From: a virus
IMG/VR virus record: IMGVR_UViG_3300001200_000002
Location: 1-40,869 of that record
Length of the DNA: 40,869 nt
Reading direction: 5' to 3' (one strand)
Part shown: positions 15,117-24,027 of the stretch, piece by piece
Layout of the letters: each line of letters starts with the position of its first letter
Position numbering within the stretch: the stretch's first letter is position 1
Translations under genes and position numbers: made by a program
The notes under the pieces: generated by a model
The model's database searches: none
Seen by the model: only the letters and a program-made list of their open reading frames with translations
Told to the model about the DNA's origin: nothing

Positions 15117-15310
15117 TTACAATAACCAATGGAATAATGATTCTTACAATTTTAGTGTGGGTCATCTGGGATGTTTACCTATTTAAAAGAATAAAAGACG
15201 GTAAGAAAGAAAAAACATTTTCTATGATTATCACTGAGCTTTCGTGGTACACTCCTGCAATTCCTTTTGCTCTTGGGTTTTTAATGGGCCACTGGTTTTG
15301 GCCTGCATGA
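15113..15310 (+). CDS. small two-TM membrane protein (holin-like candidate)
   Basis: 65 aa with hydrophobic segments ITNGIMILTILVWVIWDVYLF and YTPAIPFALGFLMGHWFW. Confidence 0.4.
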   Translation: MITITNGIMILTILVWVIWDVYLFKRIKDGKKEKTFSMIITELSWYTPAIPFALGFLMGHWFWPA

Positions 15311-15318
15311 GATAGACA

Positions 15319-16770
15319 TTGATACCAGAAAACTTTTTTAAGGTAAAACCTTGGCAGCACCAATCCAAGGGGGTTATAGAAGCCTCCAAATCCAATGATG
15401 GATATGCTTTCTTTTTTGAAGTAGGTACTGGTAAAACTATGACCGCCATCTCTACTTTAAGAATGAAATACATGGAGTATGGATCTTTAAGAAAAACATT
15501 AATTTTAGGACCTGTAATTGTTTTAGAAAACTGGAAAAGAGAATTACTAGCACACTCTAATTTAAAAGAAGAGAATATTCATGTGCTTCATGGACCTGGT
15601 AAAAAAAGAATAGAGAAGTTAAAAGAAATAGAAGATGATATTGTAATTACAAACTACGAAGCGCTATCTTCCATTAAAGGTTTTACTGAAGCTATTCAAA
15701 AATGGGAACCTGAGATTCTAGTTCTTGATGAGTCTCATAGATGTAAAAACATTCAGGCCAAGATGACAAAAGCTTGCATAAAAATAGCCGACAAAGCAGA
15801 GCATTCATACCTCTTATCAGGGACTCCTATCTTAAATAGTTTAATAGACATTTTTGCACAGTATAGAATTCTTGATAAAGGTAAAACTTTTGGGAAGAGT
15901 GTATTTAGTTTTAGGAATAAATATTTTTATGATAAGAATGCAGGAATGAGCAGGGACAAATACTTTCCTGATTGGATAGCCAAAAAAGAAAGTGCAGATG
16001 AGATAAACGCTCTTGTAAAAGCTAAGAGTATGCATGTTAAGAAATCGGATTGTTTAGATTTACCACCGCTTGTGAAAAAGAAAATTTATGTAGAGTTAGA
16101 GCCTGACCAGAAAAAAGCATATGCTGATTTAATGAAAAACTTTATCGCCTTTGTTTCTGATGACACACAAACTGCAGCCGTGGCAGAGCTTGCTTTAACT
16201 AAAGCTTTAAGGCTTCAACAAATAACCACAGGTTTTGTTGGGACCGAAGATGTTGAGGGTAAAAAAGACATACACAGGTTTAAGAAAAACCCTAGGAAAA
16301 AGGCACTACAAGAACTCTTGGCTGACCTTACACCAAACCATAAGGTTATTGTGTGGGCAGTTTTTAAGGAAAACTATAAAGACATTCGAGAGGTTTGCGA
16401 AAAGCTAGGAGTTGAGCATGCGGAAGTACATGGGTCTGTATCTCAACAAGACAAACTTTTTGCAATGGACAGCTTTAATAACGATGAAAAGTGTCGTGTG
16501 CTTATTGGGCATCCTGGTAGCGGTGGCATTGGTATTAATCTTGTTAGTTCTGATGTCAGTGTTTTCTATAGCCGTAATTTTTCATTGGAATATGACATAC
16601 AAGCAGAAGCTAGAAACTACCGTGGAGGCTCTGAGAGGCATGAAAAGGTCACTCGCTATGATCTTGTCACACCAAACACTATAGATGAGCAAGTGCTATC
16701 AGCCTTGCAGGATAAGAAAAAAATTGGATACAAGGTGTTAAAAGACATGGCTTTAAAAGAAAACGGATGA
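15319..16770 (+). CDS. SNF2-family (SF2) DNA helicase/translocase
   Basis: EVGTGKTMTAI (motif I), LVLDESHRCKN (DExH), LLSGTPILNS (III), GGIGINLV (V), QAEARNYRGG (VI). TTG start. Confidence 0.9.
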   Translation: MIPENFFKVKPWQHQSKGVIEASKSNDGYAFFFEVGTGKTMTAISTLRMKYMEYGSLRKTLILGPVIVLENWKRELLAHSNLKEENIHVLHGPGKKRIEKLKEIEDDIVITNYEALSSIKGFTEAIQKWEPEILVLDESHRCKNIQAKMTKACIKIADKAEHSYLLSGTPILNSLIDIFAQYRILDKGKTFGKSVFSFRNKYFYDKNAGMSRDKYFPDWIAKKESADEINALVKAKSMHVKKSDCLDLPPLVKKKIYVELEPDQKKAYADLMKNFIAFVSDDTQTAAVAELALTKALRLQQITTGFVGTEDVEGKKDIHRFKKNPRKKALQELLADLTPNHKVIVWAVFKENYKDIREVCEKLGVEHAEVHGSVSQQDKLFAMDSFNNDEKCRVLIGHPGSGGIGINLVSSDVSVFYSRNFSLEYDIQAEARNYRGGSERHEKVTRYDLVTPNTIDEQVLSALQDKKKIGYKVLKDMALKENG

Positions 16771-16846
16771 CTCTGTTTTTTTAATTTTATATAAAATCAA
16801 AGGGTTAAAGTCCGCCTACCAAAAGGGATGAAAAGGGAGATTAGAT

Positions 16847-17263
16847 ATGCCAGAGATGACATTAGAAGAACTAGATAAGCTAACCACCAGGGTTATTGAG
16901 CTTAAAGAATTCAAAGAAAAAAAAGATCAAGAAAAAAAAGAAGCAGAAAAAGCATTTAAGACAGCGCAGGCTGAGCTTATAACAGCTTTGGAAGCTCATG
17001 GTAAAACTGAAAACGAGGGTGATTTTGGAAAAGTTAAACTTGTTACAACTGAATACTATAAGATGACAGATAAAGATGAAGCCATGGGGTGGTTAAAAGA
17101 TACGGGTGATTTTGATGCTTTAGCTAGTGTTAATGCAAGAACTTTTTCATCACACGTAAAACAACTCATAGCTGAAAAGCGCGATGAGGGTGATTTTGTT
17201 TGGATGCCCCCAGGTGTTGAAGACGCTACCAGTGATTATAAATACGTAAGGATAACTAAATGA
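16847..17263 (+). CDS. hypothetical protein (replication/recombination module)
   Basis: 138-aa ORF preceded by AAGGGAG, with a coiled-coil N-terminus. Confidence 0.5.
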   Translation: MPEMTLEELDKLTTRVIELKEFKEKKDQEKKEAEKAFKTAQAELITALEAHGKTENEGDFGKVKLVTTEYYKMTDKDEAMGWLKDTGDFDALASVNARTFSSHVKQLIAEKRDEGDFVWMPPGVEDATSDYKYVRITK

Positions 17264-17583
17264 GCACAGAAAAAATAGAAGCAACAAAGTTAGAAGTGGT
17301 TAACAAAGCGTTTGAAAAAGCGATGGCTGAGATAAATATTCTTACTCAAGATTTAATGCAAGATTTTAAATCAAAGGGTGATATCACTCCAAAGGTTGCA
17401 AAAGAGATGGCCAAGGAAAGATACATTTTAGGTCTTTGCTATATGGCTTTTTCCAAGGGTTCACAAAAGAAAATAGTTGATGAAATTGTAGAAGAAAAAG
17501 AACAAGAAAAAAGACAATTAAGTTTATTAGAGCAAGAAGAAACAGATGGAGACAAAGAAGATGGAAAAACAAATAGTAAGTAA
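17260..17583 (+). CDS. hypothetical protein
   Basis: 107-aa ORF with ATGA overlap. Confidence 0.5.
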   Translation: MSTEKIEATKLEVVNKAFEKAMAEINILTQDLMQDFKSKGDITPKVAKEMAKERYILGLCYMAFSKGSQKKIVDEIVEEKEQEKRQLSLLEQEETDGDKEDGKTNSK

Positions 17584-18418
17584 AGAAGAAACAAATGAAT
17601 TAGCAACGCCTTTTGAAGCAGGTGCAGGCATGGGCTCTACAACAATTGATGCCTCTGATATACAAATACCAAAGCTGCAATTACTGCAAGCTATGAGTGA
17701 TGGAGTGTCTGACAACACTTTTAACATGGGTGATATTATCCACACTGCAGACCAAGAGGTTTTGGCAGGCAAGGATAAAAAGGTTGAGGTTATCCCTTTT
17801 CATATCGTAAAGGTTTCACAAAAATTTAGAACAGATGTTCAACCAAAAGAATATATACTTACTGAAGAGTATAGGAATCAGCCTTGGGAAGAGGAAGAGT
17901 ATGTCTGGCAACAACAAGATGGAAATCAAATCAGTTGTAAGGTTAATAACTTTAAAACTTATATTGTACACGCTATTGTACTTGGCGATGACATGGATAT
18001 GAGTCTTCCAGTTACAATTACATTTAGAAGTAGCGCTGGGAAAGACGGTAAAAAGATTGCAAGTCATTTTGCTACCGTTATGCAGTTTAATGCTGTTAAA
18101 AAGAATTTACCAAACTTTAAACCCCAACCCCCATACAACGCTGTTTGGCAGTTATCCAGTGAGTCGGTTAAGGGTCCTAAACAATCTTATTTTAAATGGG
18201 CATGTAAAAAGTCAAGAAAAGCAACGGATGAAGAGATGTTAGCTTGTGCTGAGTGGGAAGCTGCAATTTCTGCAAACGCCCAAAAGTACACACAAGCTGC
18301 AGGGGATGAGTCTGATGTGGAAACCCCACAACAACTAACACAAAAATCTGGTCGCACAGAAAAAGTTTCCACAGAAGCTAATCCTCCAGCACCAAAAGAT
18401 AATGACTTACCCTTTTAA
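17546..18418 (+). CDS. hypothetical protein, possibly DNA-binding (positional guess)
   Basis: 290-aa ORF between the SNF2 helicase and the DNA polymerase. No motif recognised. Confidence 0.5.
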   Translation: METKKMEKQIVSKEETNELATPFEAGAGMGSTTIDASDIQIPKLQLLQAMSDGVSDNTFNMGDIIHTADQEVLAGKDKKVEVIPFHIVKVSQKFRTDVQPKEYILTEEYRNQPWEEEEYVWQQQDGNQISCKVNNFKTYIVHAIVLGDDMDMSLPVTITFRSSAGKDGKKIASHFATVMQFNAVKKNLPNFKPQPPYNAVWQLSSESVKGPKQSYFKWACKKSRKATDEEMLACAEWEAAISANAQKYTQAAGDESDVETPQQLTQKSGRTEKVSTEANPPAPKDNDLPF

Positions 18419-18436
18419 ATAAGGTTATATTTTAGT

Positions 18437-18516
18437 GCGAGTGAAAAAATGTGTAACCCAGGAACGCTCCCTTTGACGTACCACTCTAAAGAAGTGTTCC
18501 CGCTCGCACCATTTTT
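18437..18516 (+). terminator. compound stem-loop ending in ACCA-TTTTT (putative intrinsic terminator)
   Basis: 7-bp outer helix GCGAGTG/CGCTCGC (18437-18443/18501-18507) encloses a long GGAAC...GTTCC hairpin (18461-18500). ACCATTTTT follows. It lies just downstream of the 17546 ORF stop. Confidence 0.4.
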
Positions 18517-18527
18517 AAAGGATTCTT

Positions 18528-18701
18528 ATGCCATTTAAATCAGAAGCTCAAAAAAAGTACTTTCAAAAATTACTTGAGCAAAAACAAATCACAAAAGAAG
18601 ATTACTCCCGCATGGAAGCGGGGACTCCCAAAGAACTACCTGATAGGTCAAGAGCTAGTGGCCCCATGGTTATACCGGTAAGAAGGGTTAAAAAGTATTG
18701 A
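18528..18701 (+). CDS. small basic protein (57 aa) with N-terminal KSEAQKKYF motif
   Basis: Not in the track because it is under 60 aa. ATG follows AAAGGA. MPFKSEAQKKYF resembles the KSxxQxxxF/M start of a small phage protein family, recalled from memory. Confidence 0.4.
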   Translation: MPFKSEAQKKYFQKLLEQKQITKEDYSRMEAGTPKELPDRSRASGPMVIPVRRVKKY

Positions 18702-18707
18702 CTTAAA

Positions 18708-18732
18708 GATATCAGATGCTAATTTGATATCA
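18708..18732. promoter_or_regulatory. two GATATCA sites 18 bp apart upstream of the RHH gene
   Basis: GATATCA at 18708-18714 and 18726-18732, each containing the palindrome GATATC. They overlap a TTGACT-N16-TAATTT promoter-like sequence starting at 18698. Confidence 0.3.
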
Positions 18733-18746
18733 AAACAGGAGTTAAT

Positions 18747-19013
18747 ATGAACACCACTGAAGTCCTCTACGCTCGCGTTGATATCACTAATATGTTATAC
18801 CTTGAAAAGCTTAGTAAAAAAACAGGTAAATCAAAAGCTCAGTGTGTTGATGAAATATTAAAATCAGCAAGACTTAAAAAACAGTACACTCCAGAAAAGA
18901 AAGCAAGTCCTGCAAAAGGGGTTGATAGAAGACAAAGAAGGATAGCTACATTGGAGGCTAGGAAAAATGAGTACAAAAAATCCAAGAATTCAACAGGTAA
19001 TAGTAACTCATAA
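18747..19013 (+). CDS. ribbon-helix-helix (Arc/CopG-like) DNA-binding protein
   Basis: The N-terminus LYARVDITNMLYLEKLSKKTGKSKAQCVDEILKSA fits a strand-helix-helix pattern. The C-terminus is basic. Confidence 0.45.
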   Translation: MNTTEVLYARVDITNMLYLEKLSKKTGKSKAQCVDEILKSARLKKQYTPEKKASPAKGVDRRQRRIATLEARKNEYKKSKNSTGNSNS

Positions 19014-20775
19014 AAACTTCGATCTTTGTCTCTTAGAGTTAGAAAAAGCAAAGTATAAGTCATTCGATACAGAAACAACAGGGCTTTATCCTTATCATGG
19101 GGACAGGGCTTTTTGTGCTACTTTTTCAACACACGATAAAGACTTTTATTTTAATTTCCAAGAATATGAAGGACTAACACCTTCTTTGGTTCTACCACGT
19201 TCTAAGATTCTTGAAATGCAGCCTATATTTAATTCAGGAAATATCATCATACAAAATGCTAAGTTTGATATGCATTTTTTTGGTATAGAGGGGATTAAGT
19301 ATAAAGCTAGAATTTTTTGTACCAAGGTGTTTGAAAGACTCGTAAATAACGAAAGGTTTTCCTATAAGCTAGAGGCTATTGGAAAACGCATTGGCTATGA
19401 AAAAGATGATGCTGTTATGAACTACATCAAAAAACACAACCTTTATGACCTTAGAAAAAGAGCTGGGAAAGAGTGGAAACAGCCTATGTTTTATAAGGTT
19501 CCTTACAAGATAATTAGTGAGTACGCCATGAGAGATTCCAGGGTTTGCTATGAAGCTTTTATGGATCAATTAAAATCCTTAAAACAAATGGAGAGGCATC
19601 TTGGTAAGTCGGTTTATGATGTGTGCACGAATGAGTCTGAGCTTTTAAAAACAGTATACGAGGTTGAAAGAGTAGGTGTTAAACTTGATGTACCATATGC
19701 CAAAAACGGTCTTGATGTTGCACAGTACTCAGTTGAAAGAAAGCTTGCAGAATTTAGGAAACTCACAGGCGAGAGGTTTGTAGACTCTGCGATTTGTTTC
19801 ACCAAGGTGTTTAAGAAGACTGATTTTGAAAGATTTAAACGCTCTGATAAAGATAACTATGAGTTTAATAAAACCATACTAAAAACATTTAAATCCCCTG
19901 CAGCCAAGCTTGTTTTGGATATTAGAAAATTAAACGTCCAAATACAGTCTTTAAAACAGTTCCTTTTTGCAGCCGATGAGGATGGTATTATTCACACAGA
20001 CTATGACCCTGCAGGAACCAGGACTGGTAGGTTTTCATCAAAGAATCCAAACCTTCAAAACCTTAAAAAAGACGTAGATGCTAGAGGGGATGACCTTGTC
20101 ATAAGGAGGGCTTTTATACCAAGAAAAGGGTATAAATTCGTGATGATTGATTATGACCAAATGGAGTACCGGATGATGTTAGACATTGCTGGTGCGAAGG
20201 GTTTAATTAACAAGGTTTTAGGTGGCCTTTGCGTTCACTCTGCCACGGGCGAGATAGCTGGAATTGAGAGAGCACCTGCAAAAACTGTGAACTTTGGGAC
20301 ACTCTATGGACAAGGAATTAAGTCTTTAGCACTCTCTTTAAACAAGACTGAAAAAGAAGCACATGCTTTGCAGCAAAAGATTTTTAAAGCCTCCCCTGAA
20401 GTAAAAGACCTTATCTACCAAATTATAAATAAAGCTAGGACTAAGAAGTACATAAAAAACTGGCTTGGTAGAGTGTATAGATTTCCAAAGACTTTTCTTT
20501 GTTATAAGGCGCCTAATACATTGATCCAAGGGGGCGCTGGGGATGTAGTTAAAAAGGCAATGAATGATGTACATTCGTTCTTAAATGACTATGATTCTAG
20601 GCTTATTTTAAACGTACATGATGAACTTGTTTTTGAAGTAAAAGATGAGGAAGATAGCATAATTCCAAAGATTAAAGAAATTATGGAAACCACCTACCCT
20701 CATAAAAGACTACCACTTACTTGTGGGGTTGATTATTCAAATAAATCTTTAGCTGACAAGCAGGCTTATAGCTAG
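18967..20775 (+). CDS. family A DNA polymerase with 3'-5' exonuclease domain
   Basis: Exo I FDTETTGL, exo NAKFDMHF, motif A DYDQMEYRMM, motif B RAPAKTVNFGTLYGQG, motif C NVHDELVFE. Confidence 0.95.
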   Translation: MSTKNPRIQQVIVTHKNFDLCLLELEKAKYKSFDTETTGLYPYHGDRAFCATFSTHDKDFYFNFQEYEGLTPSLVLPRSKILEMQPIFNSGNIIIQNAKFDMHFFGIEGIKYKARIFCTKVFERLVNNERFSYKLEAIGKRIGYEKDDAVMNYIKKHNLYDLRKRAGKEWKQPMFYKVPYKIISEYAMRDSRVCYEAFMDQLKSLKQMERHLGKSVYDVCTNESELLKTVYEVERVGVKLDVPYAKNGLDVAQYSVERKLAEFRKLTGERFVDSAICFTKVFKKTDFERFKRSDKDNYEFNKTILKTFKSPAAKLVLDIRKLNVQIQSLKQFLFAADEDGIIHTDYDPAGTRTGRFSSKNPNLQNLKKDVDARGDDLVIRRAFIPRKGYKFVMIDYDQMEYRMMLDIAGAKGLINKVLGGLCVHSATGEIAGIERAPAKTVNFGTLYGQGIKSLALSLNKTEKEAHALQQKIFKASPEVKDLIYQIINKARTKKYIKNWLGRVYRFPKTFLCYKAPNTLIQGGAGDVVKKAMNDVHSFLNDYDSRLILNVHDELVFEVKDEEDSIIPKIKEIMETTYPHKRLPLTCGVDYSNKSLADKQAYS

Positions 20776-20790
20776 ATACGATAAGGGGGT

Positions 20791-21120
20791 ATGGCTAAAA
20801 AACCTGAAACAGTATTTAAAGAAAGAATACTTCCACAGCTTAAAGCACTGCCAAACACCTACGTATTAAAAACCCAAGAGGTTTCAAAGCGTGGAGTGCC
20901 TGATGTTTTAATGTGTGTTAAAGGGGTTTTTGTAGCGCTTGAACTTAAGAAGGATTTAAAGAGCAATCCTGATGACCTGCAAAGATGGATTATGGTACAA
21001 ATAGCAGAGGCCGGGGGGATTACTATGGTGGTGTATCCAGAAAATTGGAAACTTACCTATCGTATAATTCACGACCTTGCACATTTTGGGATAGAAAAAA
21101 CAGACTTAGAATTACACTAA
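20791..21120 (+). CDS. VRR-NUC / PD-(D/E)xK nuclease-like protein
   Basis: GVPDVLMCVKGVFVALELK matches the (G)xPD...ExK nuclease core, followed by LQRW...GG. Confidence 0.6.
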   Translation: MAKKPETVFKERILPQLKALPNTYVLKTQEVSKRGVPDVLMCVKGVFVALELKKDLKSNPDDLQRWIMVQIAEAGGITMVVYPENWKLTYRIIHDLAHFGIEKTDLELH

Positions 21121-21138
21121 AAGGAGACATAAAGCACC

Positions 21139-21603
21139 ATGGAAAACGTAACTGAAATCAAAAAGGAAACTATAAGACTTCCCTACACTGTATTTGAAAA
21201 CTACGAGGCTTTGCAAAGCACTACAAGAATGATGCTTACAACAAAGTACACACACCTAAGATCGGCAAAGCGTGTGGATAAACTTTTAAAATTAATCAAT
21301 GAAGAGTACCAAAAATTCAACACCCAAAGGCTTGCTATACAAGAAGAGTGTGTTTGGGAAACTCCTTCTACTAATAAAATTTCTGCTGTCTTTAAAAAAC
21401 AAAATGAGTCCCAAGACCCGGTTCTAAAAAACAAAGAAGAAATTGAAGGTAAACTTAAAGAGTTGTTAAAGAAAGAAGCTCAGCTAGATTGCAGCCCTTT
21501 AAAAGAAAAAGAATTAAAGCTTTTTAAAGTAAGCCCTCAAGAGCTAGGTGTGTTAGAAATACTATCTGATAAAGCTAGCTTTGAAGCTCTTTTAAACTCT
21601 TAG
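21139..21603 (+). CDS. hypothetical protein
   Basis: 154-aa ORF, the last gene of the plus-strand block. Its 3' end overlaps the convergent minus-strand ORF by 29 nt. Confidence 0.5.
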   Translation: MENVTEIKKETIRLPYTVFENYEALQSTTRMMLTTKYTHLRSAKRVDKLLKLINEEYQKFNTQRLAIQEECVWETPSTNKISAVFKKQNESQDPVLKNKEEIEGKLKELLKKEAQLDCSPLKEKELKLFKVSPQELGVLEILSDKASFEALLNS

Positions 21604-21970
21604 AGATATCTCTAATTTCAGATGAAGTGTGCTTTTGTTCTTTTTCAAGCCACTTCACTTGATCAAGAGTTTCATCAAATTTAAGTACAAACCTAGAGTA
21701 CTCATACTTAATGCGTTTTATATCCTCTACAGTGTCTTTTACTTCTTTTAAAGAGGCATCTATAGTGGTCCTAAAAGCATGATTATCATAGGATATACGC
21801 TCAAGCTTTGTTCCAAGTTCTCTAATAGAGTCTTGGGTTTGCCCGTGGCGGGTGTCATTTTGTGATATTAGCCTATTCAAGAAGTAAGCACACAGCGCAA
21901 GCAGCATGCCTAGTATCCCTTGAAATATAAAGCTAGTCATCGACTCCATCGTTGTCATCCTCTTTAGCAA
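21575..21970 (-). CDS. membrane-anchored coiled-coil protein
   Basis: 131-aa ORF with the TM segment FIFQGILGMLLALCAYFL near the N-terminus. The true start is probably an internal ATG (21949 or 21940). Confidence 0.5.
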   Translation of the reverse strand: MLKRMTTMESMTSFIFQGILGMLLALCAYFLNRLISQNDTRHGQTQDSIRELGTKLERISYDNHAFRTTIDASLKEVKDTVEDIKRIKYEYSRFVLKFDETLDQVKWLEKEQKHTSSEIRDISKSLKELQS

Positions 21971-22220
21971 GCTCTTGTCTTCTTTCTTCTAAGTCCTCAA
22001 TGCTTGTATAGGCTTTCTTAGAGGCCTTTGCTTCTTTTTCTAAACACTTAGAAACAAACCTCATCATCTTCTCATCGCCTTTAATTTTTTCAGCACGAAT
22101 AATACACTCAGCAGCGTCTTTTATTTCGTAATCAGCAAAAGCACCATCTTGGCCATACTCATTATCACGCTCTTCAATCATACGCTCTTCGCAAACTTTT
22201 ACTCCAGAACCATCTTCCAT
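21933..22220 (-). CDS. acidic hypothetical protein
   Basis: ORF track 21933..22241. The ATG at 22220 follows GAGGGA and lies 1 nt after the upstream stop. Confidence 0.5.
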   Translation of the reverse strand: MEDGSGVKVCEERMIEERDNEYGQDGAFADYEIKDAAECIIRAEKIKGDEKMMRFVSKCLEKEAKASKKAYTSIEDLEERRQELAKEDDNDGVDD

Positions 22221-22221
22221 T

Positions 22222-24027
22222 TTATCTTCCCTCATCGTCATTTAAGTTTTTCCATATATTTACACCACTTTGAATTCTTGGTGTAAAGGGTGCAATATCC
22301 GGTGCTAAATTTTGTACCCCACTTAAACCTTTTCCAAGTCTAGCGTTTGCTTTCATATAAGCTTTAAACGCTTTTGGTGATCCAAGAGCTCCAACAAAAG
22401 CACCCGCAGTTCCACCTATTGCAGCACCTTGAGCACCACCCGCTTCACTCCCAAGATATGAACCCCCTAGGATACCAGCCGCTTGAAGCGCTGTGTTTCT
22501 TCCAGTGGCAGACTTACCTAGTGATAAAATCTGAGAGTCGGGATCAGCAAAAATATCTTTAACCTTAATCGATTCGGCCAAGTCTTCTATTCCATCAACC
22601 CCTGCATCTTTTATCTTCCTAGCAGTAGGGTCTACTTTATCGCCTTTTAGAACTTTACCTAAAGTTCTTTTGGTAGTGTCTTCATCTTTAAAGTATTTTT
22701 GAAGAGTTTTTTGACCATCTATTAGTTTACTATATTCTTTGTTAGCAGCTTTTAAAGCGCCTCCATCATCCATACCTAGCCCAATAGAGTCATCAAGTTT
22801 TACAGCAGCTTTTTTAGAGATACGAGCTAAGTCTTTTTCAACCTGGCTTTGCTTAAAAGCCTGCGTATCTATACCAGAATTATTTACTTTCTTTATTCTT
22901 GTAAGATCATTTAAATCTTTCTTTAAAGAAATAGCACTCTGACCATCAAGACTTGAAGCTTTTGGAACATAAGTGTTATAAGCTTTTTTAACAAAAGCTA
23001 AATCTTCTTTTGCTTTATCAGTTCCTAGTTTTTTAGCGCGAACAGAGTAGTCTTTTATAAGATTCAAGTATTCTTTTCTAACTTCTTTTATATCAACTGA
23101 AGCGTTTGATCCATCAATCATATCACCAATCTTAGTACCAAGAGTGGACATCTTGTCAGAATGGTTTTTAAACACTTCATCTTTTAAACCTGTTAGAGCA
23201 CCAACAGCATCATAGTCATCAATGCTATCAATGTTTTCTGAAGCTCTTTTAAGAAACTTAGATTTAATTCCACTAATCTGTTCTCCAACACGGGGAGCCA
23301 CAGCGTCTTTAGTTTGACCTAAAAGACCTCTTTGAGTTTTACCAAGCTGTTTGGCCAAAGCCTCAACAGCTTCTTTTGTGGCATTAGGCCCTAGTTTTTT
23401 AGCAGCCTCTTTTAGAAGTACTTTACTCCCAGCACCGGTACCTAAAAGTATAGGGGATACAGCACCAAAAGCACTACTTGTTTTTATATCATCGTAGTTA
23501 AGATCTTGGTCTATACCTGACCAAGTTCCAATCTTTTGTCTTAAAGCCTCAAGACCGCCACCAGCAGCAGCACCGGCCGCAGCACCTCCTGTAAGACCTG
23601 CAACAACTGCACCAGGTCCTGAAGGTATTGCAAGAGTACCGGCAGCTAATCCACCTAAGACTGCTGCTGTCCCCTCAGCAAAACCAGAACCTATATCATA
23701 CACAGAGTCTGATATATCTTGAAGGCCAAAGCCTTTTTCATCTAAACGCCTCCACTCTCTTTCTTCTGGTTTTTTTGCAAGAACATTACCACTTGCATCT
23801 TTTTTGAAATTTAAGTTAGGTAGCTTTTTTTGTAAGTAATTAAAAGAAGCCTCTGGATCATTACCAAAGTTTTTATAGATAGCTCTTGTTTTAAAGTCGA
23901 TATCAGGGTGCATTTCATCAAGAACAGGAGCCTCTTTGTTTTGAAGCTCCATGTATAACTTTTTAGCTGTATCTTTATCAATCTTACCAGCTTTTAAGGC
24001 TTGTAGGATTTTTTCCGAACCCTTCAT
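22222..24027 (-). CDS. internal virion / ejection protein candidate with Gly/Ala-zipper segments
   Basis: 601 aa. AAVLGGLAAGTLAIPSGPGAVVAGLTGGAAAGAAAGGG and the C-terminal AGILGGSYLGSEAGGAQGAAIGGTAGAFVGALG. The call rests on position in the late operon. Confidence 0.5.
   Translation of the reverse strand: MKGSEKILQALKAGKIDKDTAKKLYMELQNKEAPVLDEMHPDIDFKTRAIYKNFGNDPEASFNYLQKKLPNLNFKKDASGNVLAKKPEEREWRRLDEKGFGLQDISDSVYDIGSGFAEGTAAVLGGLAAGTLAIPSGPGAVVAGLTGGAAAGAAAGGGLEALRQKIGTWSGIDQDLNYDDIKTSSAFGAVSPILLGTGAGSKVLLKEAAKKLGPNATKEAVEALAKQLGKTQRGLLGQTKDAVAPRVGEQISGIKSKFLKRASENIDSIDDYDAVGALTGLKDEVFKNHSDKMSTLGTKIGDMIDGSNASVDIKEVRKEYLNLIKDYSVRAKKLGTDKAKEDLAFVKKAYNTYVPKASSLDGQSAISLKKDLNDLTRIKKVNNSGIDTQAFKQSQVEKDLARISKKAAVKLDDSIGLGMDDGGALKAANKEYSKLIDGQKTLQKYFKDEDTTKRTLGKVLKGDKVDPTARKIKDAGVDGIEDLAESIKVKDIFADPDSQILSLGKSATGRNTALQAAGILGGSYLGSEAGGAQGAAIGGTAGAFVGALGSPKAFKAYMKANARLGKGLSGVQNLAPDIAPFTPRIQSGVNIWKNLNDDEGR

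Noticed and set aside
18437-18511. tRNA gene (75 nt, 7-bp acceptor stem, encoded ACCA)
   Set aside because: With the acceptor fixed, the T-arm positions (CTCTA / AAGAAGT / GTTCC) do not pair, and no D or anticodon arms exist. It is kept only as a structured terminator-like element.
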